Below are positions 1 to 11,404 of a stretch of 64,000 nucleotides of DNA, one piece after another. Position numbers and translations under genes: made by a program. The notes beneath the pieces were generated by a model. It saw only the letters and a program-made list of their open reading frames with translations. It was not told the origin of the DNA and made no database searches. Origin of the DNA: Octopus sinensis (lineage: Eukaryota); NCBI RefSeq assembly GCF_006345805.1, contig NC_043007.1:16864001-16928000 (forward strand), read 5' to 3'. The first letter of the stretch is position 1. Each line of letters opens with the position of its first letter.

Positions 1-74
1 TATTAGAAGGTAGTGTACACAAAGGCACCCGTTTTAGTCAATTCATCCTTGGAAGGCTCCACATTTTCCTAGGA

Positions 75-1646
75 ACGGACAACTGCGTAGGAAGAGAAAG
101 AAGAGATATATGATGAAGAGTGAGCCAAGGCAGAATGTAGGACACAGGAAAAGAAGTTTACCTTCAAGGAGTCGTTCAACTTCCTTCGTGACCAGAGAGG
201 CAAATTACAGACTGCTTTGTCGTGGATATTGCATGCATGAAGTGGATTCGATCCACCATAGCCAAATTTGAATTAACACTGCAACAGAACTTTTCCCACG
301 GCTGAAGCAATGGTTTTTCTCTGACAGCAGTTTTACATTTTCCAGATGCCTTTAGCTAGGCCGAAATAATGTCATCACCACTTGACCTTTTCTAACCGCT
401 TCTACTTCACCAAAAGCTAGAATAGAGATAACCAGACCACCAACTAAATCTATTGTTCTCAATGATATATCTATCCTTCTGGATCTTTATATAAGCAAGC
501 ACATCCCAAGCAAAAATCAGTTAGTCACCAGTCGGTGACGACTCAACCAAGTTAGACTTTGGTGACAACTCGTGAGTAGTGAAAAGACCACTAGAATCAT
601 GGAAGCAGGCAGACAAAATGACCTGAGGAAAAAAGAAAGAGAACGTCCCACACTCATTCTCACTCTCACTAGCTCCAATTCTGTTGACAGCTAACGTGGT
701 CATTATCAAAATTCATTCTTGCTGATGCTCCTGGTATTGGCACTCCAGTTTGCGCTCTACCAACATATTGTTTTATTGTTCTCGAGATCAAACATCAAAT
801 TAAGCTGTAACGGGAAAAATTTGTTGTTATTGTCGCATACTGTAAGATGTGAATGATGAACAATGAATGAAGTTATAAGGAAATATTTATTTACCATTAC
901 GTTACAAATACCTTGCCTCGACGGGCAGGTTTTGATACATCCAAAAACATGCGAAGTAAAGTTTGTGTTTGTGTCCTCTTCATTGTTTAGTAGTAGTAAT
1001 TACTGAGGGAGATAGAATGATATTGTAAGAGAACAGAACTGGAGCTAGTGAGAGTGAGAATGAGTGTGGGACGTCGTCTTTCTTTTTCCCTCAGGTCATT
1101 TTGTCTGCCTGCTTCCATGATTCTAGTGGTCTGTTCACTACTCACGAGTTGTCACCACAGTCTAACTTGGTTGAGTTGTCACCGACTGGAGACTAACTGA
1201 TTTTTGCTTGGGGTACGCTTGCTTATATAAAGATCCAGAAGGATAGATATATCATTGAGAACAATAGATTTAGTTGGTGGTCTGGTTATCTCTATTCTAG
1301 CTTTTGGTGAAGTAGAAGCGGTTAGAAAAGGTCAAGTGGTGATGACATTATTTCGGCCTAGCTAAAGGCATCTGGAAAATGTAAAACTGCTGTCAGAAAA
1401 AAAAGAAACCATTGTTTCACCGTGGGAAAAGTTCTGTTGCAGTGTTAATTTAAATTCGGCGATGGTGGATCGAATCCACTTCATGCATGCAAGATCCACT
1501 ACAAATCAGTCTATAATTTGCCTCTCTGGTCACGAAGGAAGTTGAACGACTCCTTGAAGGTAAACTTCTTTTCCTGTGTCCTACATTCTGCCTTGGCTCA
1601 CTCTTCTTCATATATCTCTTCTTCCTCTTCCTACGCAGTTGTCCGT
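75..1646. repeat. Large inverted duplication (arms about 75-685 and 1032-1646, about 346-bp spacer)
   Basis: 75-685 is the reverse complement of 1032-1646 with scattered substitutions (e.g. ACGGACAACTGCGTAGG at 75 vs CCTACGCAGTTGTCCGT at 1630-1646). Confidence 0.9.
806..1503 (+). mobile_element. Solo-LTR-like element, copy 1
   Basis: Starts TGTAAC and ends GATCCACTACA (TG...CA). Homology to 9841-10492 begins and ends at these termini. Internal TATA-like CTTATATAA. No clear TSD. Confidence 0.7.
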
Positions 1647-1760
1647 ATCTTCTTCAGTTTGTTTCCTGTCTCTACTGTGTTACTTTACGCTTCTGTATTA
1701 ACAGAGACTGGTCAAATAAACATCAGTAACATGCTCGGATTTTTTGCGTGGAATCATTTA

Positions 1761-2085
1761 CCCTGACCTCCTAATATGCTGCAAATTCCTTATTTTTGTT
1801 TGGAAAAAAGGGGGTGGGTGAGGCGACCCCCCCCCCGCCATCCCGGAATCATTGGAATTTTTTTTTCGTTGAATGAATTCCGGAGACCTCCTAATATGCT
1901 ACAAAACCCTTTTGGGGTGTCCAGAAAACGAGGTGGAGTGAAGTGGAAGCCTCGGAAATTTCCATTGAACTTTTCACCCGCACGATTTTCACTAAGAAAA
2001 ATAAACTCGAATTTTTTGCATGGAATCAAGTACCCTGACCTCCTAATATGCAGCAAACCCCTTATTTTTGTTCGGAAAAAAAGTT
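1761..2085 (+). repeat. Unclassified interspersed repeat (related inverted copy at about 2890-3140)
   Basis: CCCTGA(C/T)CTCCTAATATGCTGC motif recurs internally and as the reverse complement near 3030-3060. Confidence 0.55.
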
Positions 2086-2086
2086 G

Positions 2087-2335
2087 GGTGGCACGTAAAA
2101 AGTACCATTGGAGCGTGATCAATGCCAGTGCCATCTGACTGGTTCCCGTGCTAGTCACACTTGAAAAGCACCCAGTACACTGTCGGAGTGGTTGGAGCGT
2201 TTGGAAGGGCATCCAGCTGTAGAAAAGTTGCCAGAACAGACTGCAGTCCCCTGGCTTGCCAGTCCTCAGTGAAACCGTCCAACCCATGCCAGCACGGAAA
2301 GTAGATGTTAAACGATCATGATGATGATGATGCTG
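2087..2335 (+). mobile_element. SINE family E (tail ...GGAAGGGCATCCAGCTGTAGAAA...CATGCYAGCAYGGAAAG...TTAAACGATGATGAT)
   Basis: Same tail and (GAT)n end at about 26390-26550, 33890-34397, 41440-41605 and 63600-63930. Confidence 0.75.
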
Positions 2336-2439
2336 ATGTATAATGATATATATAATTATGATAGATTGTTACCCATTCAATGTTTAGGTAAATTTCGTCA
2401 GCCACTCACTCTCTATTTCTCTCACTCTCTATTTCTCTC

Positions 2440-2444
2440 ACTCA

Positions 2445-2541
<97 letters not shown>
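2440..2541. repeat. (CT)n microsatellite
   Basis: Direct reading. Confidence 0.95.
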
Positions 2542-2543
<2 letters not shown>

Positions 2544-3145
2544 CACACAAAAATGAAACACATTTCGGCGCCAAAAATTGCAAAGGGAAAAATCTATATT
2601 CCGGATTATTATATATATTATATCCAGTGATTTTAAAAGGTATGGAAAAGATATTTTTGTTTTAATTTACTTTTATTTGTTTCATACACAAACTAACGTG
2701 TTTTTTTTTTAAGATTAATTATTTATCCTTATTTATCTCTCCACTGACTTCAGTACCAACTCTAACTTCTATAACCTCTGCATTTTCACTTATTTCAAAC
2801 TTCTTTGAATTTTGAATCTAATGTAATCCACACTCTCTCGAAAACGTGTTTCGGCAAAATGTTATCTAAAATTACGGGTAAAGAAAGAAACAGCAAAAAG
2901 ATATTTGAAAAGGGGGGTGGGAGTGAATTTACCGAGGGTTCCACCCCAGTCCACCCCGTTTTCCAATGATATGGGAGGGGGTCCGATTTCCACCACCACC
3001 ACGACCTTATTTTTCCAAACAAAAATAAGGAGTTCGCAGCATATTAGGAGATCAGGGAACTTGATTCCACGCAAAAAATCCGAGGTTTTTTTTTTCTTAG
3101 TGAAAATCGTGCGGGTGAAAGAATCAAATAATACCGAAATAACTA

Positions 3146-3666
3146 CCGTAAATCCTCGAGTATAATCCGCATTTTTCCCCAAAATTTAAAGGTCAAAATC
3201 TATAGTGCGTACTATATACGAGGTTAAAAATAAAAAGCATTTTCTAAGCAATGTCCGAGTCTCTATTTGCTGTCCGGCAATGTTTATTCAGACGCATTTT
3301 GTGATGTCGGGCGCGAAAATACCTTAAGCTAAGCCTGAAAGCAATGAAGTCATAAAAGAATCATCCATAACTTGCAGTAAGCAACATTTATTAAAATAAA
3401 AGTATTCAGAACACAGAATAACATGTAACAAAAACAATTTGCAAACATATTTACATCCCCATATAACAGTTAAGAACATCACCATTATTGTATTACGCAT
3501 GCGCGGAAGTGTTTGTTCGACTAGGTGCTGCTGGCTTAATTACGCACGACTCAAGTTAGAGAAGGGATGCGTATTATACACAAGGTTTAGGTTTTTCAGA
3601 GGCAGAGCCCTCTAAAAATCCCCTGCGTATTATACTCAAGGGCGGACTATACTCGAGGATTTACGG
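3146..3666. mobile_element. pogo/Tigger-like MITE, short form
   Basis: TIRs CCGTAAATCCTCGAGTATA / TATACTCGAGGATTTACGG with TA on both sides. Confidence 0.85.
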
Positions 3667-3752
3667 TATTGCTGGTTATTGAGATAACGTAGAAAATATG
3701 TAAATGAAAATAAAGTTTATTTGGCATGTGTAACTGATTTGATTGTTCTGGA

Positions 3753-3950
3753 AGGCGGCGAGCAGCCAGAATCGTTAGCATGCCGGGCAAAATGCTTGAG
3801 CTGTATTTCGCCTGTTCAAATGCCGCCGGGGTCAACTTTGCCTTTCATCCTTTCGCGGTCGATAAGTTAAGTACCAGTGAGACACTAGGGTCGATGTAAT
3901 CGACTGGTCCCTTTACCCGAAATTTCAGGCCTTGTGCCTATAGTAGAAAG
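3753..3950 (+). mobile_element. tRNA-derived SINE family B (head GGCGGCGAGCTGGCAGAATCGTTAG)
   Basis: A-box/B-box-like head and conserved GCCTTTCATCCTTTCGGGGTCGAT body. Other copies at about 21495-21705, 26880-27295, 36452-36670, 36915-37115, 37357-37553, 40430-40580 (+) and 47835-48035 (-). Confidence 0.8.
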
Positions 3951-4281
3951 GATTCGATTGTTCTGGTTTTAACATCAGTTGGTAAGAATAGAAGTCATTT
4001 GACAACACCCTTTTGTTTGTAATTGGCTATCCTGTTGCAGGTTCAATCCGAGGAATATTGAAAAAATACCCATCTTGTCCATTCCACAGAATAAGATTAT
4101 ACTGGAGAGCATCATAAGCGGGATGAGTCCGTGAAACACGTTTACGGTTGTTATCTTGAACACGAATGAGAATATCATGATTTTCAATGGGAACACCAAC
4201 CATAAGGGTGGCTACTTCATTTGATGTGGACTCGTTAAAACAGCGTAAAATGTTCTCTACTATAGTTTACTATAGACGTTG

Positions 4282-4580
4282 TGGAGGCGCAATGGCCCAG
4301 TGGTTAGGGCAGCGGACTCGCGGTCATAGGATCGCGGTTTCGATTCCCAGACCGGGCGTTGTGAGTGTTTATTGAGCGAAAACACCTAAAGCTCCACGAG
4401 GCTCCGGCAGGGGATGGTGGTGATCCCTCTGTGTCACGCTGAATATCCCCGAGAACAACGTTAAGGGTGCACGTGTCTGTGGAGTGCTCAGCCACTTACA
4501 CGTTAATTTCACGAGCAGGCTGTTCCGTTGATTCGGATCAACTGGAACCCTCGCCGTCGTAACCGACGGAGTGCTTCCAC
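4282..4580 (+). mobile_element. tRNA-derived SINE family C
   Basis: Head GGAGGCGCAATGGCCCAGTGGTTAG...GGTTTCGATTCC (A and B boxes). Reverse-strand copy at about 48195-48490; shared tail at about 28500-28630. Confidence 0.8.
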
Positions 4581-5303
4581 CACTATAGACGTAACGAAAG
4601 CAGAAACACACACACACACACAAACCCATAGAATTGATAATATTGAAAAACAGTAAAACATACACACACGAAGTTCAAGCGAAACGAAATGTAGTCAATA
4701 TAGGTACAAGACATACTTTCTGTAGCATAGTCATGCTATTAAAAAAAATGCTAAGTCACCAATTAAGCAAAAGTTAGTATGCGTCACTAATGTAAGAAAG
4801 TATAAAAAGTCAACATTTATTTGGAACATGTGCTAAAAATAAAATTCATGATTAAATGAATTTCACGGTGAAGAAAGTGAAAGTCCAAGAAAATTCAAAA
4901 GACATAATTCAATTTTACATACAAAATTTATGTTACTATTTTGAAACGAACGCTGAACGAAGTGTATAGAAAGGAAGATGCTGTTTTTGAACTGTGTAAC
5001 ATTATAGGCCGTAGAATAAATATTGAGTAACGCAGTAAAAAAAGGTCGTGCGACGTTGTTAAAAAGACATTATCTTGAAACTGGTTAGAAGGAGTGGAAT
5101 AACATTTCTGTAATTATATTGAAAGAGACGCTGAGAATTTCTACTTCGCCAAGTTTCTGAATTTGTTATAATAACCAGGATAATATATATTTTTTTTTCA
5201 GATATATTTGCAAGTATTGTGAGTGGTGTTAAATCAGGCAAATCTCCATGTTGGTAATATTTGTTATGGCGAAATTATGGATAAGTTTTGAGTTCCCTTC
5301 GTA

Positions 5304-5768
5304 TATATACATATATGCGTGAGTCGTCTTAGAGTCCATAAGTCAGGGAAGAGATGCAGTCGTTTATCTGTCAATAGAGTGGGTATATTATTCGAAATGT
5401 AAACCATTATATATCCATCACGGCTTATACCAATTGGTTTCGCACCGGGAATACAATGGAGTATTAGGTAACAATCCGATTATATAACCTTTCGTTCATC
5501 AGAGTTAGCTGATATGGAAGGGGATAAGGAGAGCAGTTGCCATATCCCCTTCCATATTGGCTGACTCTGATGAGTGTAAGGTTATATAATCGGATTGTTA
5601 CCGAACACTCCATTGTATTCCTTGAGCGAAACCGATTAGGAAGATCAGCCGTGATGGATATATAATACTGTACATTTCGGATAATATATGCACTCTATTG
5701 ACAGATATACGAGTGCAACTTTTCACTGACTTATGAACTCTTAAACGACTCACGCATATATGTATATA
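5304..5768. mobile_element. Hairpin (foldback) element, arms about 220 bp, 16-nt spacer, TA-rich flanks
   Basis: The left arm ends GGGGATA at 5526 and the right arm begins TATCCCC at 5543. Arms are diverged reverse complements. Confidence 0.88.
5559..5650 (+). ncRNA. Degenerate type I hammerhead-ribozyme-like motif (right arm; mirror copy on - at 5422-5510)
   Basis: GGCTGACT-CTGATGA(5567-5573)-GTGTAAGG...CCTTGAGC-GAAAC...AGATCAGCC. The left arm on - reads CTGATGA...GCGAA-ACCAATTGGT-A. Confidence 0.5.
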
Positions 5769-6948
5769 TACGAGGGGAAGTCAAAAATTATCCACACTTT
5801 CTCCATAACATAGTTTTATTATTGTCATTATAGTATTGAATAGATGAATATTGAATACTAGCAGTATCGCCCGGCGTTGCTCGGGTTTGTTTCGACCCTT
5901 TAGAATTGGAATTTTTGAAAGGTAAAAATTTTGCATTATGTAGCTTGTTATTCTCTTGAAATACACCGAAAAATGGCGACACAGCAGTCAAAAATTCGTA
6001 AAAAATAGGGATTTTCATAGAAAAAAAGCACCTTTTTGATGTAAATAATTTTTGGTGTTAACATGGTCCGATTTGAATTTTTTCTTCTATGGAAGGAAGA
6101 GCAAGCCTTCTTCTATCATACTCTCGATTTTGGTCAACTTGCGCTGCAGGGTCTCGGAGGAGATAGTGTTAGTTGAAGGCTACCAAACCTGCCATACGCA
6201 GACAATTTCAGCTTTATATAGAGAGAGATTTAAACACATCGTTTTAAATTTAAGTCCAATATTCAATTTAATTACTATAGGATTTTAAACGAATCGATTA
6301 TTTCTTTGTAGCCCAGATCCATTGATCAGTACCGGCCTGCCACCCGATGGTTGGGGACCTCTGATAGTACTATTGTGGTTCTGTGATCGATGTTTGGGCC
6401 TGATGGCGCGATTTTACTTTCTGGTTTTACAGTGTAAGCATGGCCCCTCCACATGCAATGTGCACCAACGAAGAACAAAGAGCAGTGATCCGATTTCTCT
6501 AGTCGAAAAGCGTGTCAGGTGCTGAAATTCATCGGAGGTTTTTAACACAATATGGGGGACAGTGAACTACCGCGTAGAAGTGTGTATGAGTGGATTTAGA
6601 AGTTTAAAAGTGGCCGGACAAGCGTGACGTACGAAGAGAGAACAGGACGCCCGTCAACCTCCACCACTGACGAGAAAATTCAGTAAGCTCGAGAGATGGT
6701 AATGGTGAACCGGTTCATCATTACCATCTCTCAGATCACTGATCTTTGTTCTTCGTTGGTGCACATTGCTAGTGGAGGGGCTGTGTTTACACTGTAACGC
6801 CAGAAAGAAAAATGGCGCAATCGGATTCAAACTTCGATCATGTGACCACAATAGTACCAACTATAAGCATGCATGCACAGAAGGTAGTGCTGCAATAATA
6901 CAGATATGTTATGGCAAAAGTGCGGGTAGTTTTGGAGTTCCCCTTGTA
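5769..6948 (+). mobile_element. Non-autonomous mariner derivative with a nested Helitron
   Basis: TA-CGAGGGGAAGTCAAAAATTATCC start and TTCCCCTTG-TA end. 6431-6700 translates to a stop-riddled mariner N-terminus (EEQRAVIRFL...SVYEW...KFKSGRTSV...GRPSTS). Confidence 0.75.
5858..6228 (-). mobile_element. Non-autonomous Helitron-like element
   Basis: On - it ends with the hairpin CCCGAGCAACGCCGGG, then CTAG followed by T. Other copies at 18523-18912 (+), 38808-39190 (-) and 52054-52450 (-). Confidence 0.75.
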
Positions 6949-7061
6949 TATATGCATGTGTGTGTGTGTGTGTGTGTGGTGTGTGTGTGTGTGTGTGTGT
7001 ATTTATATGAATTAGTCCAAATAATCTCTGTTAATCTTATACTCGGTTTCAGTTTGAAATA

Positions 7062-8009
7062 CCGTAAATCCTCGAGTATAGTCCGCCATTGAGTATAATA
7101 CGCAGGGGATTTTAGGGAGGTGTACCTCTGAAAAACCTAAACCTTGTGTATAATACGCATCCCTTCTCTAACTTGAGTCAGGGAGGTCTATATAACGTCC
7201 TTGGTTTATAAAAATGTATATAGTAACGTCCTTTATTATTGCTTTCTTGCCTTCTTTATCTTTGGCATCTGTTTAATTTCATCTTCATTTCTTCTCCATA
7301 ACCTGACATTGCTTTCGTCAACATCAAATTTTCTTCCGGCGGCCCAATTACCATGCTCTTCAGCATATGATATAACTTCAAGTTTAAACATAGCTGAATA
7401 AGATCTACGAGGCATTTTATGGACATGTAATGTATAGAATGTTTTATTGGAGATTAATGTACAGGTTTAAGTCCTCCCTATAAAAAACCCTAGTAAAGAC
7501 CCACAGTAGTTCAAACATTTAATACTAGTTTTTAATTAAGTATCTATTGTTTGCCACGGTAATGATGCAAGCTGCCAATACAAACAGCAGGATGAACTAT
7601 TTAGCGCTAAACTATTAAGCCAGCAGCACCTAGTCGAACAAACACTTCTGCGCATGCGTAATACACTAATGGTGATGTTCTTAACTGTTATATGGGAATG
7701 TAAATATGTTTGAAAATTGTTTTTGTTACATGTTAATCTGTATTCTGAATACTTTTATTTTAATAAATGTTGCTTACTGCAAGTTATGGATGATTCTTTT
7801 ATGACTTCATTGCTTTCAGGCTTAGCTTAAGGTATTTCCGTGCCCGACATCACAAAATGTGTTTGAATAAACATTGCCGGACAGCAAATAGAGACTCGGA
7901 CATTGCTTAGAAAATATTTTTTATTTTTAACTTTGTATATAATACGCACTAGGGATTTTGACCATTACATTTTGGGAAAAAAATGAGGATAATACTTGAG
8001 GATTTACGG
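7062..8009. mobile_element. pogo/Tigger-like MITE, long form
   Basis: Same TIRs as 3146-3666 with TA flanks. Internal sequence is shared in the opposite orientation, with about 430 extra bases. Confidence 0.85.
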
Positions 8010-8299
8010 TAAGTGAAAAATTATAAATAGGTCCGCGGTTAAGATGTGCTACGTAACAAAAGTTCGTTTGAAATTGTTCAAGTAGCTTCGAACGCTCGAA
8101 ATCTGTATAGCCGGCCTAGTAACATACTATTGGATCTTCGATAATTGCTTCATTTTAAGGAAGGAGCACTTGAAATTTTTTTTTTTCTAAAATTTAGGTC
8201 AATGTTGAACAATTGCTCTTGAAAGAAAAGGATGTATGTGCGAGGAGGAATCTAAAGCGGGGAATATTTAATGATTAATTTTGGGAAAATTATATCAGA

Positions 8300-8950
8300 C
8301 AACTAATATATATATGAATGGTATATGAATACGAGGATAGTTGCAGGATATTTGAATATGAGAACTGGCCAGAATAGGAGTGCCTCGAGGTGGGAGTAAG
8401 TTAGGTCCGGTTTTATGACAACATTAAAAATCCAATATTTTGACATCATAATGATGAGTAAACTGGATAAAGTGTGTGTCGTGTAGCAGCGACCGATATG
8501 TGGCTTTGCGGTTTTGGCGCCTCTAAAATGAATGCTGTCATTGGTTAACGAATCTCCTTGTACATAATGTGGTTCTCTCATAAATTCCAGTGAAAAATTT
8601 TTTAACCTCATGAGCAACAACCGCCCGGTTATCGCATGTGTGTTATTTCATTCAGACAACTCTTGTATTGTTACTTAACGCAGGGAAATTTCCATGCAGA
8701 GCGTAACAACATAGCTTTTTATTATATATGAACTAAATACAACAGTGTATGTAAAGTACAAAGTGATGGAGCTTTCTAGGTCCATGATCAATCTGTAAAT
8801 AACATGGGTGCTGATGTTGAGCAAGCGGTAAACGGTAAACGGTAAACTGCGGTAATATATTGGCGTGATTTCGATTTCTGCTTCATTCTTTAGCGCAAGG
8901 GCACTTGGGGACATGCATAAATTTCATAACATCCTTATTCTTCTGTTGCT
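8300..8950 (-). mobile_element. Highly decayed non-LTR reverse transcriptase remnant
   Basis: QGDSL motif in the minus-strand ORF 8303-8620; frameshifted. Confidence 0.35.
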
Positions 8951-8959
8951 AAAATATGA

Positions 8960-9470
8960 AGGGCTTGTTTCGGATCAAAGGGAGTCTATATTTATTTGTA
9001 AAAAAATGGCGAACGCCGTTAAATAAAAAGCGGTATTTTCCACAGCGTAGCTAGGAAAAGGGGCGACAACGGCGGCACTTTGGGGTCTGCTGAATATGCC
9101 CGTATAGAATGATGTCATATGGGCTGCATATCTTTTGTATCTTTTCGAAGAGGCCTTTCCCATAGGGTAGACAGACTGTGAACCGTTTATCGGTTTCATC
9201 CTGTCTTTTCTTCATAATTGGAGTGGAGAGTATGCTTTTGGGGTAGTTGTTGCTTAATAGATTGTTACTGAGCTTGACCATTTCTTCGTGATGGGTATTT
9301 TCCACAGCGTAGCTAGTGAAAGGGGCGATAGCGGCGGCACTTTGGGTCTGCTGAATATGCCTGTATAGAATGAGAGGGTCGGGGTCAGGGAAAACTCAAG
9401 GGCTACTTTGAGCGGCACACACTCTAGGTATACAACTCGATATTCACTGATGTTCACGAGGAGAGTATGA
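8960..9470 (-). mobile_element. Penelope-like retroelement fragment
   Basis: Peptide NNYPKSILS...DETDKRFTVCLPYGKGLFEKIQKIC; nucleotide match to 14800-14950. Confidence 0.75.
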
Positions 9471-9840
9471 ACAGCTCAAGTTACTTTCTCACTTTTTAGT
9501 GCTGGTATCAAATTAAATTAAATAAAGGTAATTGTTAATTTATAAGATAAATAAAAAAAAAACTCGCCGGAAAGAAGTTGCAGACAAATAAACATTCAAA
9601 TTCTTCCACCTGTGTGGTCAAGAATCTTGTTTTGCAACTACATGGTTTTGGATTCAATTTCACTGCACTGGACCAGTGTTTTCTGCTATAGCCCCGGACC
9701 AACCAATATCTTGTGAGTGAATTTGATAGATGAAATTTGTGCGGAAGCACGTCGAATATCTATATCTATATTTATATCATATATATGTAACGATAAATAT
9801 GATTAGGTATACAATATTATGAAATGTCGAAGTCAGCATT

Positions 9841-10492
9841 TGTAACGATAAAAATTCGTTGTTATAATTGCATACTGTAGGATGTGAAAGATGAACAATG
9901 CATAAAGTTTTAAGAAAGTATTTATTTACCGTTACGTTACAAATACCTTGCCTCGACGAGCAGGTTATGATAAATCCAAAAGCATGCGAAGTAAAGTTTG
10001 TGTTTGTGTCCTCCTCATTGTTTAGTAGTAATTGCTGAGGGAGATAGAATGATGTTGTAAGAGAACAGAATTAGAGCTAGTGAGAATTGTAGGATGTTGT
10101 CTCATAGTTGCTGACAGTAAACGTCATTTCTCCCTCTGACCAAGGTTCTAGCTGGTCGGCCAGACTTCGTCGTCACCGACCGTGACTAACTGATTTTTGC
10201 TTGGGATGTGCTTGCTTATATAACTATCCGGAAGGATAGATATATCATTGAGAACTATAGATTTAGTTGGTGGTCTTGTTATCTCTATTCTAGCTTTTGG
10301 TGAAGTAGAAGAGGTTAGAAAGGGTCAAGTGGTGAAGACATTATTTCGGCCTAGCTAAAAGGCATCTGGAAAATGTAAAACTGCTGTCAGAGAAAAACCA
10401 TTGTTCCACCGTGGGAAAAGTTCTGTTGCAGTGTTAATTTAAATTTGGCTATGGTAGATCGAATCCACTTCATGCATGTAAGATCCACTACA
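9841..10492 (+). mobile_element. Solo-LTR-like element, copy 2
   Basis: TGTAACG...GATCCACTACA; homologous to 806-1503. A more diverged 3' fragment lies at about 61995-62176. Confidence 0.7.
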
Positions 10493-10520
10493 TATATATA
10501 CATAAATAGTAAAGGTGGTT

Positions 10521-10591
<71 letters not shown>

Positions 10592-10595
<4 letters not shown>

Positions 10596-10786
10596 GGTCC
10601 CGGGTTGAGTCGGGGTTAACCACAGTAAATAAGGTACTCAATACATAGCAGAGTAAATTAATTTATTTTATAGAAGGAGCTTCTACAGGACTAGAACTGT
10701 TTCATTCAAAAGAAATCATCAGGAAGCTTCCTGATGATTTCTTTTGAATGAAACAGTTCTAGTCCTGTAGAAGCTCCTTCTATAAA

Positions 10787-10792
<6 letters not shown>
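10592..10792. mobile_element. (TA)n-embedded element containing a perfect 132-bp spacerless palindrome (10661-10792)
   Basis: Base-by-base check: 10661-10726 is the exact reverse complement of 10727-10792. (TA)n on both sides. Confidence 0.92.
10725..10775 (+). ncRNA. Type I hammerhead-ribozyme-like motif (identical copy on - at 10678-10728)
   Basis: Stem I AGCTTC(10725-30)/GAAGCT(10770-75); core CTGATGA(10731-37); stem II TTC-TTTT-GAA with a U-U closing pair; GAA(10750-52); stem III ACAG/CTGT with an 8-nt loop; GUA triplet, predicted cut after 10769. Confidence 0.68.
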
Positions 10793-10823
<31 letters not shown>

Positions 10824-10825
<2 letters not shown>

Positions 10826-11212
10826 CGTAGGAGTGGCTGTGTGGTAAGTAGCTTGCTAACCAACCACATGGTTCCGGGTTCAGTCCTTGGGCGTGGTACC
10901 TTGGGCAAGTGTCTTCTACTATAGCCTCGGGCCGACCAAAGCCTTTGTGAGTGGATTTGGTAGACGGAAACTGAAAGAAGCCCGTCGTATATATGTATAT
11001 ATGTTTGTGTGTCTGTGTTTGTCCCCCCAACATCGCTTGACAACCGATGCTGGTGTGTTTACGTCCCCGTAACTTAGCGGTTAGGCAAAAGAAACCGATA
11101 GAATAAGTACTAGGCTTACAAAGAATAAGTCCTGGGGTTGATCTACTCGACTAAAGGCGGTGCTCCAGCATAGCCACAGTCATATGACTGAAACAAGTAA
11201 AAGAGTAAAAGA
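10824..11212 (+). mobile_element. tRNA-derived SINE family A, full length (head GGCGTAGGAGTGGCTGTGTGGTAAG, internal (TA/TG)n, tail GAAACAAGTAAAAGAGTAAAAGA)
   Basis: Many near-identical copies in the window; partial copies at about 20190, 27865, 30612, 30985, 32465, 34640, 35309, 51830, 53275, 53590 and 53830. Confidence 0.85.
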
Positions 11213-11404
11213 ATATATATATTTATACTTACTGGGTCAGGAAGACGACCTTTGCCGCTAATATTCTGTTTCAACTGTTGCAGAGATCAACATCTGCAGG
11301 AAAGACATGCTTTACGACGTTTAGTTTCATTCCTCAACATTCTGAGTTCAAACCCTACTGGAGTCAGCTTTCATTTCGTCTAGTTATGTTTAATAACTTA
11401 TCTA

